DNA from: Paragordius varius
Lineage: Eukaryota > Animalia > Nematomorpha
Direction: 5' to 3'
DNA length: 64,000 nucleotides
NCBI GenBank assembly: GCA_964247055.1
Contig: OZ176050.1
Span: 2,790,001-2,854,000 of the forward strand
Shown: positions 38,662-51,169 of the stretch, piece by piece
Layout: every line of letters begins with the position of its first letter
Position numbering within the stretch: position 1 is the first letter of the stretch
Notes under the pieces: model-generated
The model's database searches: none
Told to the model about the DNA's origin: nothing
What the model saw: only the letters and a program-made list of their open reading frames with translations
Position numbers and translations under genes: made by a program

Positions 38662-41600
38662 ATGGAAGAAAATAATTTTTATTTGCTGATTGAAGGATCC
38701 TTGGCCATTAGCAATTTGTTTCATTATATCTATTCCAAATATATTTTGAATTTAACTAAGTATTTGCATGAGTAAATATAGGTCTCTTAAAATATTTAAA
38801 TGTTGGATAATTATATACAAAAAACTCGTTACAATCGAGTTTATAAACGTTGAAAATATGTCCGAATATTTTAATGATTCGGATAATTTTGTGGATCAAC
38901 AATCTTTTTACTTTGCCTTGGGTAAATTACTGAAGTTATCTCAAAATCGTTCGCAAAATACAATTTTGTGGATAGCGTCCGAATTCCCGAACACCTTGTG
39001 TGATTTAAATGATATATTTTGTAAAATATATCAGGTATATTTTTAATATATATTTTAGAATGAGAGATTCGCTTGGAATATCATAATGACTGATAATTTT
39101 GAGTTAAATAAAAACGCTTTTTATGAAGAGGTTTTATATTTTTTGATATAATTAGATCCAGAAATGTATTACATTTGATAAAAGATGTGAAGATTTTAAC
39201 AAATATGATGGATTTTGGTCATATACACCATCGTTACCTAATTTCAGTATTTATATTTTAATATTTACTCTAATATTTTATTAACTTTTTTAATTAGCGT
39301 AAAAAGTAATAAATTTAATTTTCTGCAAATTATTTTTATATGATATATTTTCTTTTAAGTTGAAATATACTTTAATGCATCAACTTATGAATCTATTCCA
39401 GTGATCCCAAAAACAGAAAAAAACCCAATCATGGTATGTTATGTTATATGATAATAATAATAATTAATAATTACATTATATGATATCACTCTTTCGAGCG
39501 GTCATATCCGTAAACTATTTCGCCATAGAACCCTGTCTAAGGCGTCTTCGCGTTTTAGGTTCAGTTTTGCCATGTCCCTCTTAACTGTATCTATCCATCG
39601 CGTTTTAGGGCGCCCTTTTCCCCTCTTGCCTTTTACAATATAATCGTCAATCTTTTTACCAATGTAATTTTTATCTCTTCTTTCAACATGTCCGAACCAT
39701 CTTAAACGATTTACCATCATCTTTTGGGTTACCGATTTGATTTCCGTACTTCCTCTTATGTAGACATTCTTCACCTTGTCTTTCCTCGTTACACCGCACA
39801 TCAATCTAAGCATTCTCATTTCAGTAACCTCAAAGTGCCTCTCTTCTGATTTCTTTATTGCCCATGTCTGTGAGTTGTACATCATTGTTGGTTGTACAAC
39901 AGCACTGTAAATCTTACCCTTTACTTTTAGGTCAATATTTTTGTCGCACAAAACACTTGAGATCTTTTTGTAATTTGCCCAACTATTTCGAATTCTTAAA
40001 TTAATATCAAGTGTTAAAGATCCATCAGCTGCTAATATTGCTCCTAAATATTTGCATTCTTCCTGACCTTTTAATACCCACCCTTCTTCTAATTCTATTT
40101 CTCGTTTTTTCCCACCAAAATTTATCAGTTCCGTTTTCTTTTTGTTAACTTTTAATCCGCAACGTCGTAACACATCCATCCATTTACCCACCGATTCTTT
40201 TAATTCATGCAACTCGTCGGACAGCACTATTAAGTCGTCTGCATAAAGAAAATACCAGCCATCATGTTGTCCTACTTCTTTTGAAATTTCGTCCATGCAT
40301 ATTATAAATAGTAACGGGCTGATTGCAGACCCCTGATAGACCCCTTCGTTTATTGTAATAGGACCTGATATTCCCTGGTGTGTTTTAATTTTGGTTTGGT
40401 GTGATTCGTACATGCTTTTTAAAATCTTTATGTAACTTTCAGGGACCTTTTTCCGTCTTAAGCTCCACCATATTGTGCTCCGAGGTATTCTGTCAAACGC
40501 CTTTTCAATATCAATACAAATACCATGCAACTCCTTTTTCATTTCTATATGCTTCTCGATTAGCCTTCTTACTGCGTGAATTGGGTCAATGGTGGATTTT
40601 CCTGGAATAAAACCAAATTGATTACCCTCAATACTAACCATTTTTCTTATTCTTTTCTCTAGTACTTTCTCAAATAACTTCATTGTATGCGACATCAATC
40701 TTATCCCTCTGTAATTATTACAATCATTAATATCTCCTTTACCCTTGAAAATGGGAACAGTGAAACTCTCCTTCCATTCGGTTGGTATCATACCTGTAGT
40801 AACTACATTATTAAAAATATCTGCCAAAAATTCAATACCTTTTCCTGACAATATTTTCCAACAGTTTATGTTAATATCGTCTGGACCTGCAGCCTTATTT
40901 ATTGACATCTCTTCTAAACCAGCCTGGACTTCTTCCCTTGTTATACTTTCAATATGCGCAGATTTATAATCTGGTGTTTCGGGTAAACTTGTTTCACTGA
41001 CGCCCAATTCAAGTTCCTGGAAATATTCTTTCCACCTTTTCAATATTTTCGCTTCCTCAACGAGTAATTTGCCTTTTTTATCTTTAATGGCTGTCGCATA
41101 AGGGGGCAAGTCCAGCTTTCTTCTTTGTCTTTGTCGAGCAATTTTAAAAACTTTGTTTAAACCTTGCTTACTGTTCAACTCTTCATATAATGATGCCGTC
41201 TTTTCTTTTTTGACCAATCTTACAAGCCTTTTAAGTTCCTTATTAATCCTTTTATATTTTTCCTTGTCTTCTGCTTGGTGGGTAAACCTCCACGTTTTAA
41301 AAGCTTTTCTTTTCTCTTGCGATTTCAGAATTATTTTTTCGTCTTTCAGCCATGCCTCTCTATAAACCTGATTTCTGCCACCTTTCATTCCGCACACCTT
41401 AACTCCCGCCTCTCTTATATTTTTTGCCACCTGAGACCAAACACTTTCTGGATCACTGTTCCTCTCTAGTATGCCTACCGTTTCTACAAATCTTTCTTTA
41501 CTGTTTCTTAGAGAATCCCATTTAATTACCTTCGGCGCTATAGGCTTAGGCTTTTTGGCATTTATTGGTATATCTGTCATATATTTACACATAATTAAAT

Positions 41601-44600
41601 TGTGTTGTGTGCTAATCTGCAAGTTAGGTATCACTTTGCAGTCCAAAACAAACTTTAAAGACTTTCGTGGCACTAGAATATAATCAATTTGTGACTTCTT
41701 ATTTCCACTTTCGTAGGTAATTAAGTGGCTCTCCCTTTTCGTAAAAAAAGTATTTGTTATAGCAAAGTTATAAGATTGGGCAAATCTTAATAAACTAGCC
41801 CCTTCTTCATTTATAACCCCGTAACCTTTTCCGCCGTGCCAAGGTTCAAAACCTCTCCTATCTTGTCCCACGTGCCCGTTGAAATCACCACAAAATATAA
41901 TTTCTCTGTCTTTCGTTAATGAAGTCATTTCTGCGTCTAACAAATCATAAAATTTATCTTTCTCTGGTTTAGTTAAACCTATCTGGGGGGCATAAACGCT
42001 AAAGATAGTAAAAACCCTCTTATTTAACAATACGTCGACACTTATGATTCTACTGTCAGCACGTCTAACCTCAATTACTTGATTGGCAAATCTTGGGCAC
42101 ACTATTATGGCAACCCCACAGTAACCATCCGTAGCACCTGAATAAAACATTTTATAATTACCCTCTAACGTCTTAGTACCATTTCCACGGTATCTGGTCT
42201 CCTGAATGCACAAAAAATTTACTTTTTTTACCCTCATAGTTTCAACTAAATCATATAACTTACTTTTTAACGAACCAACATTTATACTGGCAAAACACAT
42301 TCTACAACCTTCCTTATCCCTATTGGCCCCTACCTCCGTGCAGCGACTGGCCGGGTCTGGCCTGCACGCCTTACAAAAAACACTCATAAAAAACAAAAAT
42401 ACAATAAAGAAGAAGAATAATGTAGATAATAAACACTAAGATATATAGTAACTAATATATAAAGCAACTAAAAAAGAATCAAAAGATTTTAACCAAAAAT
42501 ATAATAATAATAATAATAATCTAAAAAAAAAAAAGAAGAATCAAAAATTTTAACCAAAAATATAATAATAATAATAATAATAATAATTAAAAAAGAAATA
42601 CATAAATATATATCAATTAGTAAAAATGAAATAAAATAGAATACGAATCCTATTGAATTGGAATATTTTTCTAAGGTAATTTCGTGCATTTTTTGAAAGA
42701 ATGAGAAAAACTGATAAAAGATAGAATAAACTTGGAAAATAAATAGATAACAATGATAATTATAATATATGTTATAAGTAATAAGAATTGTATTTGAAGG
42801 TGTCGAGCACGCGGGTGTAAATATGTTATGTTATATGATATAAGAAAAAATTAGCCAATTTTTTATTTTAAAATTCTTTAATATTTTTCCTTTGCAGAAT
42901 GAGCTAATATCATTGGAACAAAATATTCCCATTGCTACAACCACCTTGAGTTACACCTTAAATACTCAACCGACAACATATTTAAATCAAACTTCACAAG
43001 CTGGTCTTGCTTTTAATCCAATAAAGGAGGAATATTTTGAGGACACAATCCATGGTTTATAAACAATTATTTTATCCAATTGAGCCATAATACAATAAAG
43101 TTTGAAAACATAAGGTTTAAAATAGGTTTAAAAGATAAATGGTATGTATTTTAATATCAACGACATTTTTCAGTATTGCCATTGTATTAGTATTGTTTAA
43201 TATGGGCTTAAACCTCAAACTCCATCATTGATTTTCTATTAAACAAGCTTGATCATATTAAATATTTAAAAAGAAATTTAGGATGGTTAATTAGAAATAA
43301 AGGTTATTTTATTTACGTTTCATCTATGTAAATTATTATAATTATAAATTATAATAATTATTTTGACTTATTATAATTGTATAGCAGAAATATCTAGTTC
43401 ATCAGTTATAACCGCAGAATCATTTATACCGCCAGATGTTGGTTTTCCTTCAAATAGCACTGTAAAAGACACTTCTCAAATAGCAGGTTCCACTGCATTA
43501 ACCCCTAATTTTAGTGGAATTCCAGTTATGGGACCAGGCCCGCAAATTTCAGCCTATGGTAAAATACATTATGTATGCCTAAATTTTAGTAGAATAAATT
43601 TTTTTTAATTTGGAATCCAAAAAATAGTAATAAAGTTTTAAATTTGACCAAGGATCGCAACTACGTTTCATACATTTTTTTAAAAAAATTAGTATCGTTA
43701 TTTCCTGTTTAATACAGATTTTCATAAGATTATTTTTTCTAAAGATATGGATGGAAAATGTTAGGACTCCAGATTTGGAGTTTTGTGACCACAAAGTAAT
43801 TCCCGCCATAAATTACGATCCTTACATTGTTCTGTGGTAAAGCTACGTTGATTCAAGTCCATTTTTATATTATCATTATAAGAAAAGAGTGGTCGTCCCT
43901 TTCTTCTATTGCCATCAACATTAATGTTTTCAAGTTTTTAAAGGGTGGGTGGCGTCTCTTCTTTGAGTATGACCGTAGAAACGCAATCTATTAGTTTGGA
44001 TGATATAATCAATTTTATCGGTTTTTTTAACGAAAGTTGGTATTTCTAATGTACGAAAGCAGCTTTTGTGTATTCGGCTCTCACTAGTTAGCAGTTTTGT
44101 TAAATTAGTTTTGTTTAATGCCCAAGTTTCAGAACCATAGGTAAGAGCTGGTCTTATTCCTGCTTTGAAAAGATACCATTTATTATTATTGTTAACATTT
44201 TTGTTTTGGAAAACATATTTTAGCTGATTATATTTTATCCAACCTTGTTGTATTCTTCTTTTGATAGCCTTTTCTAGGCTGCCCTGAGATGATATGACAT
44301 CTCTTAGGTAAACAAAAGAGTCTACCAATTCGTTGTTATGTCCATCAATGTTAAGTAGCTTTGGTCGATTAAATTTTTTATTACTTGGGTCTAAACAAAT
44401 TAAACATTAGAAATTTATTACATTTGTTAACTTGCCTTTTATTTTAGAGCACTTTTTGTGTACCCACATTTGACATGATATGCATTTAATGGAATTTGAA
44501 CGTACTTCCTTACTGCAAGTGGAGCAGGGGTATCTGGTGTTTCACTTTCACTCGTTATCATTATTTTTGTTTTTGTCGGGTTTATGATTATTCCATATTG

Positions 44601-47600
44601 TTCGAGGCATTTTTTCCACTTGGTATAATTATTTACCAGTTGATCCCATGATCATGTTGTTATCACGAGGTGGTCAGCGAATAACATTTCAGAAGGGCAC
44701 TCGGTTCTTATATTTTGTGTTGCCGCATGCATTAAAGTAATGAAGAGGGCTTAGGACTGATCCTTGATGTAGTCCAGCGTTGGTTGGGAAGTTCCTTGTA
44801 TTATATATTAATAGCAGAAAATTTACAATAAAAAAATTTAGTAATTAAAACTCTTTTTTAATTAAAACTTTTAATGGATTGTTTCCAAAAACGCTTTTGC
44901 CTCCTGATTGTTTAATTTTATATAATTTTCAATCCTCTTTTGTCATACTCTTTTTATAATTTCTTTTACAAATTTTTTTTTCGCACAAAATAAAAGTTTT
45001 AACTAAAAATGATTTATATGTTTAAAGGTCTACAACCAAACGCTACACCTATCTGGTCCGGTCTTTTACAATGGAACGAAAAGATGCGAAGCGCTCCACA
45101 ACTCAATACTAACTCTCAAGATACATCCGGTCCTAACGCCGCAATTAATGTTATAACGCATTCCCTAATGTGCCAAATTTACCCTATGCCAGGATTCGAA
45201 GAATTGTAATTTTTTCATTTTAATTAAATGTTTAAGTTGATTGTCGAAATTAAAAGGGTGTATGGCATTTTATCTAAATATAAGGTTTAGATTTCCGTAT
45301 TATATAATTAATTGTATTAACATCCTTATTTTTATATCAATTTGTTTAAATAATAAATGTAAAATAATGGTATATATAGATTATAACCGCATCTATTTTG
45401 TTTAACACAAATATAATAAATTAAAGAATATGTTGTTTCTCTACTCCTTTTTTTTTCAAAACTATAATTTTGAACAAATAAATAAAAAAAAAATTTGGAG
45501 ACGCTGTTTATTGAACAATTTTAAGGTGTTTTTCTTAGTTTGTCATTTCCAAAAAACTACATTTGGGGTGTCGTTCATCATGAGCGAAAAATCTTCATAA
45601 TTTTTATTTTATTTCTCTGGGAAAATATAAATTTAGGAATGCTAATTCCTGGCCACAAACGCTTATAATGCAAGCTATTCAACAAGATATTATACATAAA
45701 CTCGGGAACATGTTCCGTAATGCAAAAACAGTTATTATGCAATTCCCGAATCAGGAGGTCACCGCTTCGTACCATGCTTTAAATCGATTATTGACCAGCA
45801 ATATGGTTTTATTTTTATTTTCTACTGTTTATTTTATCAGAAGTATGTTTTAGAGTCAATATTTTCACTTGTCTTTTTACAACTAACTAGCTAATTTAAT
45901 ATTTATTCATTTTTGACAAAAAGTCAAAAAACCGTTTATTTTTGGAATATATATTTAATACAACTAATTTTTTAGTCTTAGCTTTTTTTTATTTTTTTTC
46001 ATTTTAAAACCGTACTAAATGTTTGGTCAATTATACAAATTATTTAGTTAAAATTTTATTACATATTATTTTGCCTTTAATAATCCGTATAAATTAATAT
46101 TTCTTACATTTATATTTGATAATCAACTACTAAATTATAATATGAAACATTGGAAAAAAATAAAAAAAATCTAAATTAATTTTGAAAATAAAGCATGATG
46201 AGAATACTTCATACTTGATCTCTTTTTATCTTCATTTTTGAAGATTACCACTTACAATCTTAAAGGATTCTAATCAGACATTTGGTAATGTCGAGGTTTA
46301 GTATTTTTATGTCATTTTGTATATTGTCGTTACAGGAATATGTTGGGCGTCCTTTGCGGTTGTTTCCAAATGGTTGTACGTACATAATGGTTTTGAGTGG
46401 GTGATCGGTTTGTCTTCTCTCAATGTTACCCAAGTATTTGAGCCTGTTTCTTTGTATAATCTTTTCTATTGTGTCATTTTTGTGTTTAAGATGAATATTT
46501 TAGTCAAAACAGCAAGCTTTAAGTATTTTGTTTTCCGTATTTATCATTTTGTTAAGATTCGTTTTATTTAGGGGCCATGTTTCGGTGGCGTAAGTAAGAG
46601 CTGGCCTGACTCATGTATATTAGCCATTTATTATTGTTGGATAATTTTTTATTTTTATTTGACAAATTTTAGAGACTTTTCCCCAAGCTTGTTTAATTCG
46701 TTTTCTTATGCAGTTATATGGCCTTTAGAGTCTATGACGTCTCCGAAGATAGGTAAACTGGCCTTTTTTCTATTGAATTATCATATTTCACATATGCCGA
46801 GTGCGTTTGAGTTTGATTATTGTTTTTACAGTTGTTACATTTAAAGTTTATTTGTTCGATTTGTTTGCCGGTAATTTTGGAATATTGTTCATTCCTTGCA
46901 TTTTATTGAAATGATTGTAAGTTCCTTGTCGCAGACAGCGCATGGATATTTGGGGCGCTGTGTACGATATCCTTATATCATTATTTTTTTATTATAATTA
47001 TTTTTAGCCCATGGTTCTCCAGGCAGATTTTCTAAGTTCTATACATGTATTTGATTTTTTTTTCAAGTGAAATGTCTGTTAAAACAATGTCTCCGGAAGA
47101 TTAACTCCCAGGGTGGTTCCGTAGATATATTTCTACAGTAATAATATGGACTGAGTACAGACCTTTGGTATAGGCCAGTGTTTGTTTTTAAAGGTTCCAT
47201 GTCTTTTATATAAATGCTTACTATTGTGGTTGTATCTTCATAAAAAAGTAGTATTATTTCTATTAGATATTCTTCGATGTTATTTTGTCTTAGGGCCCAT
47301 TTGACTGTTGCTCTGGGGATATTATCATTTCCATGTCTAGAAAGATATGGAAGAGTTTTTGATTATTTAAGCGGTATTTTTCCTGTAGTTGCTTAATGAT
47401 GAAAGTTCTACTGCTCCCGCGGTGTTGACCGGATCACCTTTGGTGAATGAACAGCAGAGGCCAGTTTTGGATGTTCTGCAAAAATATTCACTCAGTAAGG
47501 AGTCTTTTCACAAGGGCATATATGTGAAAAGTAAAAATCTCGCCTCAACCTATACACTATGAACCTTTGATGAGAATATTTACTTATATGTGATATATTA

Positions 47601-50032
47601 CAGGCCGGTTGTATTATGTTTCCCTCTAACATCCCTGATTTACGTGTCATGATCCTTTTGTACAGTCTTAAGAAGAAGGCATTTATTGGTCTTATCCCAT
47701 TGGATCAAACAGAATTTGTTGGGAATATTAAGAAAATTCTTTCATATCGAAAACAAATGCAGCAACAAACTCAACAAAATCAAAATCAACCACCACCTCC
47801 TGCTCTCTCCTCTAATAATAATAATTCAGCAATGGGCCCCCCTTTAATTTCAAACAGTAACACGATGACTAGTAATGTTTTGGGTGGTCAACAAAATCTC
47901 ACTTTAAACATTCCACAAAACGTACCGGGAACATCGATGTATGCATTATTTAATTAAATTATCATATTATATTATAACTAAAAATTTAATTTATACTTCT
48001 TTTTATATCGATTTTAAAGATTGATTTTGTGTCTTTGGATTTAGATTGCATAATGATACATATAAATAAATAATTTTTGGTTTATTTAAATAAAAAAATG
48101 GATACACATTTAAACAAATCAACAGTGTAACAATACTTGCAATGATATCAAATATTCAACTTTGATTATATATATATATTTTATTTTGTCATTTGATTTA
48201 AATGAAAATTTATTATATTTATATATAAATCATTTAAGGAACATGCCATTATCGGCCCCATATACAACGCAAGCCTATAACCAAAACGTTAACACTAATT
48301 TTAGTAATTTTAATTCGCCTTATCAACAAAATAGTAATCTACCTCCTCAAATGTTACAACAACCACCCAATACTTATCCTAATTATGCTGGTATTTATTT
48401 ATTATAAAATTAAAAAAGAAAATGCCTATATGGAAAGGTAAAGTATTTTTAGTAATTTTCAACGATATTTTAAAAAGTAAAAAGCTGTTAAGTTTGATAT
48501 TAGTTAGCCATATATTTTAAAATCTTTTTTTATCATATGCTTTTATGATTGTCCTTTATTTTGGGTTTAATGAACTTTTTAACATTTGTTCAATTACCCT
48601 AATTATTTTGGTTATATATGAAAATTTTAAAATTTTATAATTTGGTTGTTTCTGAAGAAAACAGTTGCTTTAATATATACACTTTATTAATTACCTTACA
48701 CATTTCACCCCTTATATTTTTGATTAATTTAATTTTAACTTTAGTCCATGTATTAGCATATTTACACCTTTACAGTGTTTCATTTTTATATAATGTTATC
48801 TTTTATACAAAATTTTTATGAATATATCATTAGCTAATTACGGCCAACAAAACTTTGGTCAGACGCCAGTTACTTCTAATTTAATGGGTTACGATTCAGG
48901 ATCACAATATAATGCACCTCAACCTACAAATTTTTATAATCGCAATGCCTCTATGATGAATGTAAATCAACCACCTTTACAAGTTTATTCAAATTTTATA
49001 TATTATTTTACCAAATTTAACACTTTACTAAAACAATTTTTAATTAGTCTATGTATTTTTTTGCTTTTTTCCTTGTCTTCGCAGGAAAAGTGTTTATAAC
49101 CAGGAATTTAATTAATGCATTTAAAAAATTAGAATTTTTGACACAACTGGTAAAAATTTAAACGTACATTTTTAAGTTTTGGATATATTTAAATGAGTAT
49201 TATTAGAATATGATTAAACATGTAATTTTCTCACAATCGAATACAGATCGTTTACTTATCCTATATTTTTCGATTTTGAAGAATGTACAATCCAACCAAA
49301 CTCCATACGGTTACAATCCACCGCCCTCAGTTCAAAATATGAATCAATTACCTTACGGTGCAACAAATTTAGGTATGAGACAACCTACTATACCTCAGCC
49401 TTATCAACAACCTCAATTGAGAAATTTGCTGTTAAGTTCTCAGGTAATTTACCATGATTATTAAAATAAAAATCGAGATTGACAAACTAAATCATCAAGA
49501 CAACCAACCTTGATTTTTTATTATAAACCACCTATTATTTTGGGTTACAAAATAAGGGAGAAAAACGTAAATGAGTAACTTACCGCCTTACATATATCAC
49601 AATTGCAATCATTCAGGTTTTATAAAAGTACCAATATTTGTTTAATTAAATATTTATTGGTTATAATTTTTAATATTAATTATTATGTTTAAGTTAATAA
49701 AATATAATTATAAATGGTTTGAATAATTTTTTAAATAATATAAATAAATGCTTATGCTTATCTAATAGTATTCATTTGTTTCATCAATTATAATTTGTTT
49801 CAGTTTATATATTTAAATTTTACAAGGGAAGGTAACAGTTTGTTTAAAATTAGTTTTAAACTTTTATTTTTAAAAAATTCAGATTAAAATATTGATTTGA
49901 TATATTAATGTGCCCTCGATGTTGAGAGATCATTTGATTATTTTACACTGATAATTTTTAAATCTTTATAAAACATGTTTATATAAATTTATATAGAACC
50001 CCTTACCAGATTCAATCAAGAAACAAGAATAA
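38662..50032 (+). CDS. MED25: Mediator subunit 25, about 699 aa. Exons 38662-38759, 38782-39034, 39059-39130, 39156-39246, 39360-39433, 42898-43054, 43385-43558, 45028-45205, 45637-45805, 47604-47938, 48239-48390, 48834-48982, 49282-49443, 49997-50032 (exon 6 donor and last exon tentative)
   Basis: ACID/PTOV domain PIWSGLLQWNEK..HSLMCQIY..NSWPQTLIMQAI..LGNMFRNAKTV..AGCIMFP..RVMILLYSLKKKAFIGLIPLDQTEFV; Q/P/N-rich tail; QLRNLLL NR-box; N-terminal FYLLIEGSLAIS resembles the start of the MED25 VWA domain. Confidence 0.85.
39454..42821 (-). mobile_element. Full-length RTE-clade non-LTR retrotransposon, antisense within MED25 intron 5
   Basis: 19-bp TSD TATGTTATGTTATATGATA (39435-39453, 42822-42840), (TAT/TTA)n 3' tail, ~430-bp 5' UTR with microsatellite-like repeats, and a single intact ORF. 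Confidence 0.95.
39502..42387 (-). CDS. RTE ORF with APE endonuclease and reverse transcriptase, 961 aa from the first ATG, uninterrupted
   Basis: SINVGSL, LCIQETR, SVYAPQ, CGDFNGHVG and SQIDYIL (APE); NYRGIRL, IDIEKAFD, YQGSAISP and LYADD (RT); C-terminal RLRWFGHVERR and RGKGRPKTRWID. Confidence 0.97.
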   Translation of the reverse strand: MSVFCKACRPDPASRCTEVGANRDKEGCRMCFASINVGSLKSKLYDLVETMRVKKVNFLCIQETRYRGNGTKTLEGNYKMFYSGATDGYCGVAIIVCPRFANQVIEVRRADSRIISVDVLLNKRVFTIFSVYAPQIGLTKPEKDKFYDLLDAEMTSLTKDREIIFCGDFNGHVGQDRRGFEPWHGGKGYGVINEEGASLLRFAQSYNFAITNTFFTKRESHLITYESGNKKSQIDYILVPRKSLKFVLDCKVIPNLQISTQHNLIMCKYMTDIPINAKKPKPIAPKVIKWDSLRNSKERFVETVGILERNSDPESVWSQVAKNIREAGVKVCGMKGGRNQVYREAWLKDEKIILKSQEKRKAFKTWRFTHQAEDKEKYKRINKELKRLVRLVKKEKTASLYEELNSKQGLNKVFKIARQRQRRKLDLPPYATAIKDKKGKLLVEEAKILKRWKEYFQELELGVSETSLPETPDYKSAHIESITREEVQAGLEEMSINKAAGPDDININCWKILSGKGIEFLADIFNNVVTTGMIPTEWKESFTVPIFKGKGDINDCNNYRGIRLMSHTMKLFEKVLEKRIRKMVSIEGNQFGFIPGKSTIDPIHAVRRLIEKHIEMKKELHGICIDIEKAFDRIPRSTIWWSLRRKKVPESYIKILKSMYESHQTKIKTHQGISGPITINEGVYQGSAISPLLFIICMDEISKEVGQHDGWYFLYADDLIVLSDELHELKESVGKWMDVLRRCGLKVNKKKTELINFGGKKREIELEEGWVLKGQEECKYLGAILAADGSLTLDINLRIRNSWANYKKISSVLCDKNIDLKVKGKIYSAVVQPTMMYNSQTWAIKKSEERHFEVTEMRMLRLMCGVTRKDKVKNVYIRGSTEIKSVTQKMMVNRLRWFGHVERRDKNYIGKKIDDYIVKGKRGKGRPKTRWIDTVKRDMAKLNLKREDALDRVLWRNSLRI
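43870..44800 (-). mobile_element. 5'-truncated, decayed RTE-type LINE with an internal PHD-like zinc finger, in MED25 intron 7
   Basis: HQGSVLSPL, LFADHL, YPCSTC..CISC..WVHKKC..CLIC, then the ORF 43930-44328 region FVYLRDVISSQG..IRPALTYGSETW..RLRFYGHTQRR. Confidence 0.85.
46250..47300 (-). mobile_element. Second, more decayed copy of the PHD-bearing RTE-type LINE, in MED25 intron 9
   Basis: KYPCAVCDK (about 46930-46950), FTYL/GDVIDSKG, KRIKQAWGK and VRPALTYATETWPL (about 46570-46610), broken by frameshifts; boundaries approximate. Confidence 0.7.
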
Positions 50033-51169
50033 ATATTAATTATTTGTTTGATTTGTCCTATTTATTTAATAAATCTTTTGATATTATTATTTTACCGATT
50101 AGATTAAAGTAGCAATTTAAAAGTAAATAATTTAAACCTCGATCAGTAAAAATAATTACATTTCAAGGAGTACTAAATAAAAATATTATTAAGTTTTGGT
50201 TATATAATAAATCAAAATAGCAAAACAGCCTAATTTTTGCATGTGAACTCCAAAAGTCGCATCGAAATTGGTTTACTTAACACTTTTATTATAAACTTCG
50301 CTCACACCTCCTCGCGGGGCATCCCGAGGAACGCAAACGGAGCGGCACTGTTGATAAAAACATTCAATGAACATCAATTCATAAGGAGAAAACTAGTTTA
50401 TTGGACTTGACGGAAATTATATTTGCTGTCATTTCCTTGCAAAATGACATAATGCCTATATTATACATGGGGTTTTAGGCGTGTTTATCTGGCTAACAAG
50501 CAGATGATAATAACGATAATATAAGTTCTTCCAAACCCTGAAAAAGGCACTTCCATCTGTAGACCTTAATACAAACGGATTGAGAAATTTGAAGTTTTTT
50601 CAGACACTCTTTAGCCTGCCAGCAAATAAGGTATCTCCTCCGAGTTAAGAGGTTGGTTCTAAGGGAATATAGCCTATAAAAGTCAAGCCTCATTGCTTTA
50701 CCATGTTAAACAGTGAAATAATATGTGACGAAATACTTTTACAGTGACATTTGAAACTTTAATTTATCTATTATTATTAATGTACAAAACTAATAATAAT
50801 TGTATCTATAACATTGTACATTTACGAAAATATAAATGTTGTTACCGGAGAAAAGTATTAAATCCTTTAATAATAAATATACATCTTAAGATTTGAGTTT
50901 GAAAAGCTCTGATGATAATAAATGCGATCAAAAATAACAACAACTTGATATGTGTTGTTTACAAGAAACACGTTTTAGGTTTCTATCGCCATGAAGGTTG
51001 AAAACTTTATTATGAAGGAGGAAAAACATTGAGATCAGGGGGTAGTTATAGACATAAACGATCAGATAAAATATAATTAATAATGACGTCACAACGACAA
51101 AATTATCCAAATGCGAGCGACTTTTATTGATACAACCCTTGACATACTCTCCATCTATAACCCTTCAAC

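Noticed and set aside
40401-42689. Plus-strand ORFs over the RTE and the hydrophobic ORF 42489-42689
   Set aside because: Antisense shadows of the RTE ORF and translation of (TAT)n repeats in its 5' UTR.
50280-51140. Possible Tc1/mariner remnant (ORF 50493-50693; TIR-like GGGTTGTATCAATAAAAG at about 51120-51140 on the minus strand)
   Set aside because: Only faint resemblance to transposase motifs and no matching second TIR or TA TSD found; needs an HMM search.
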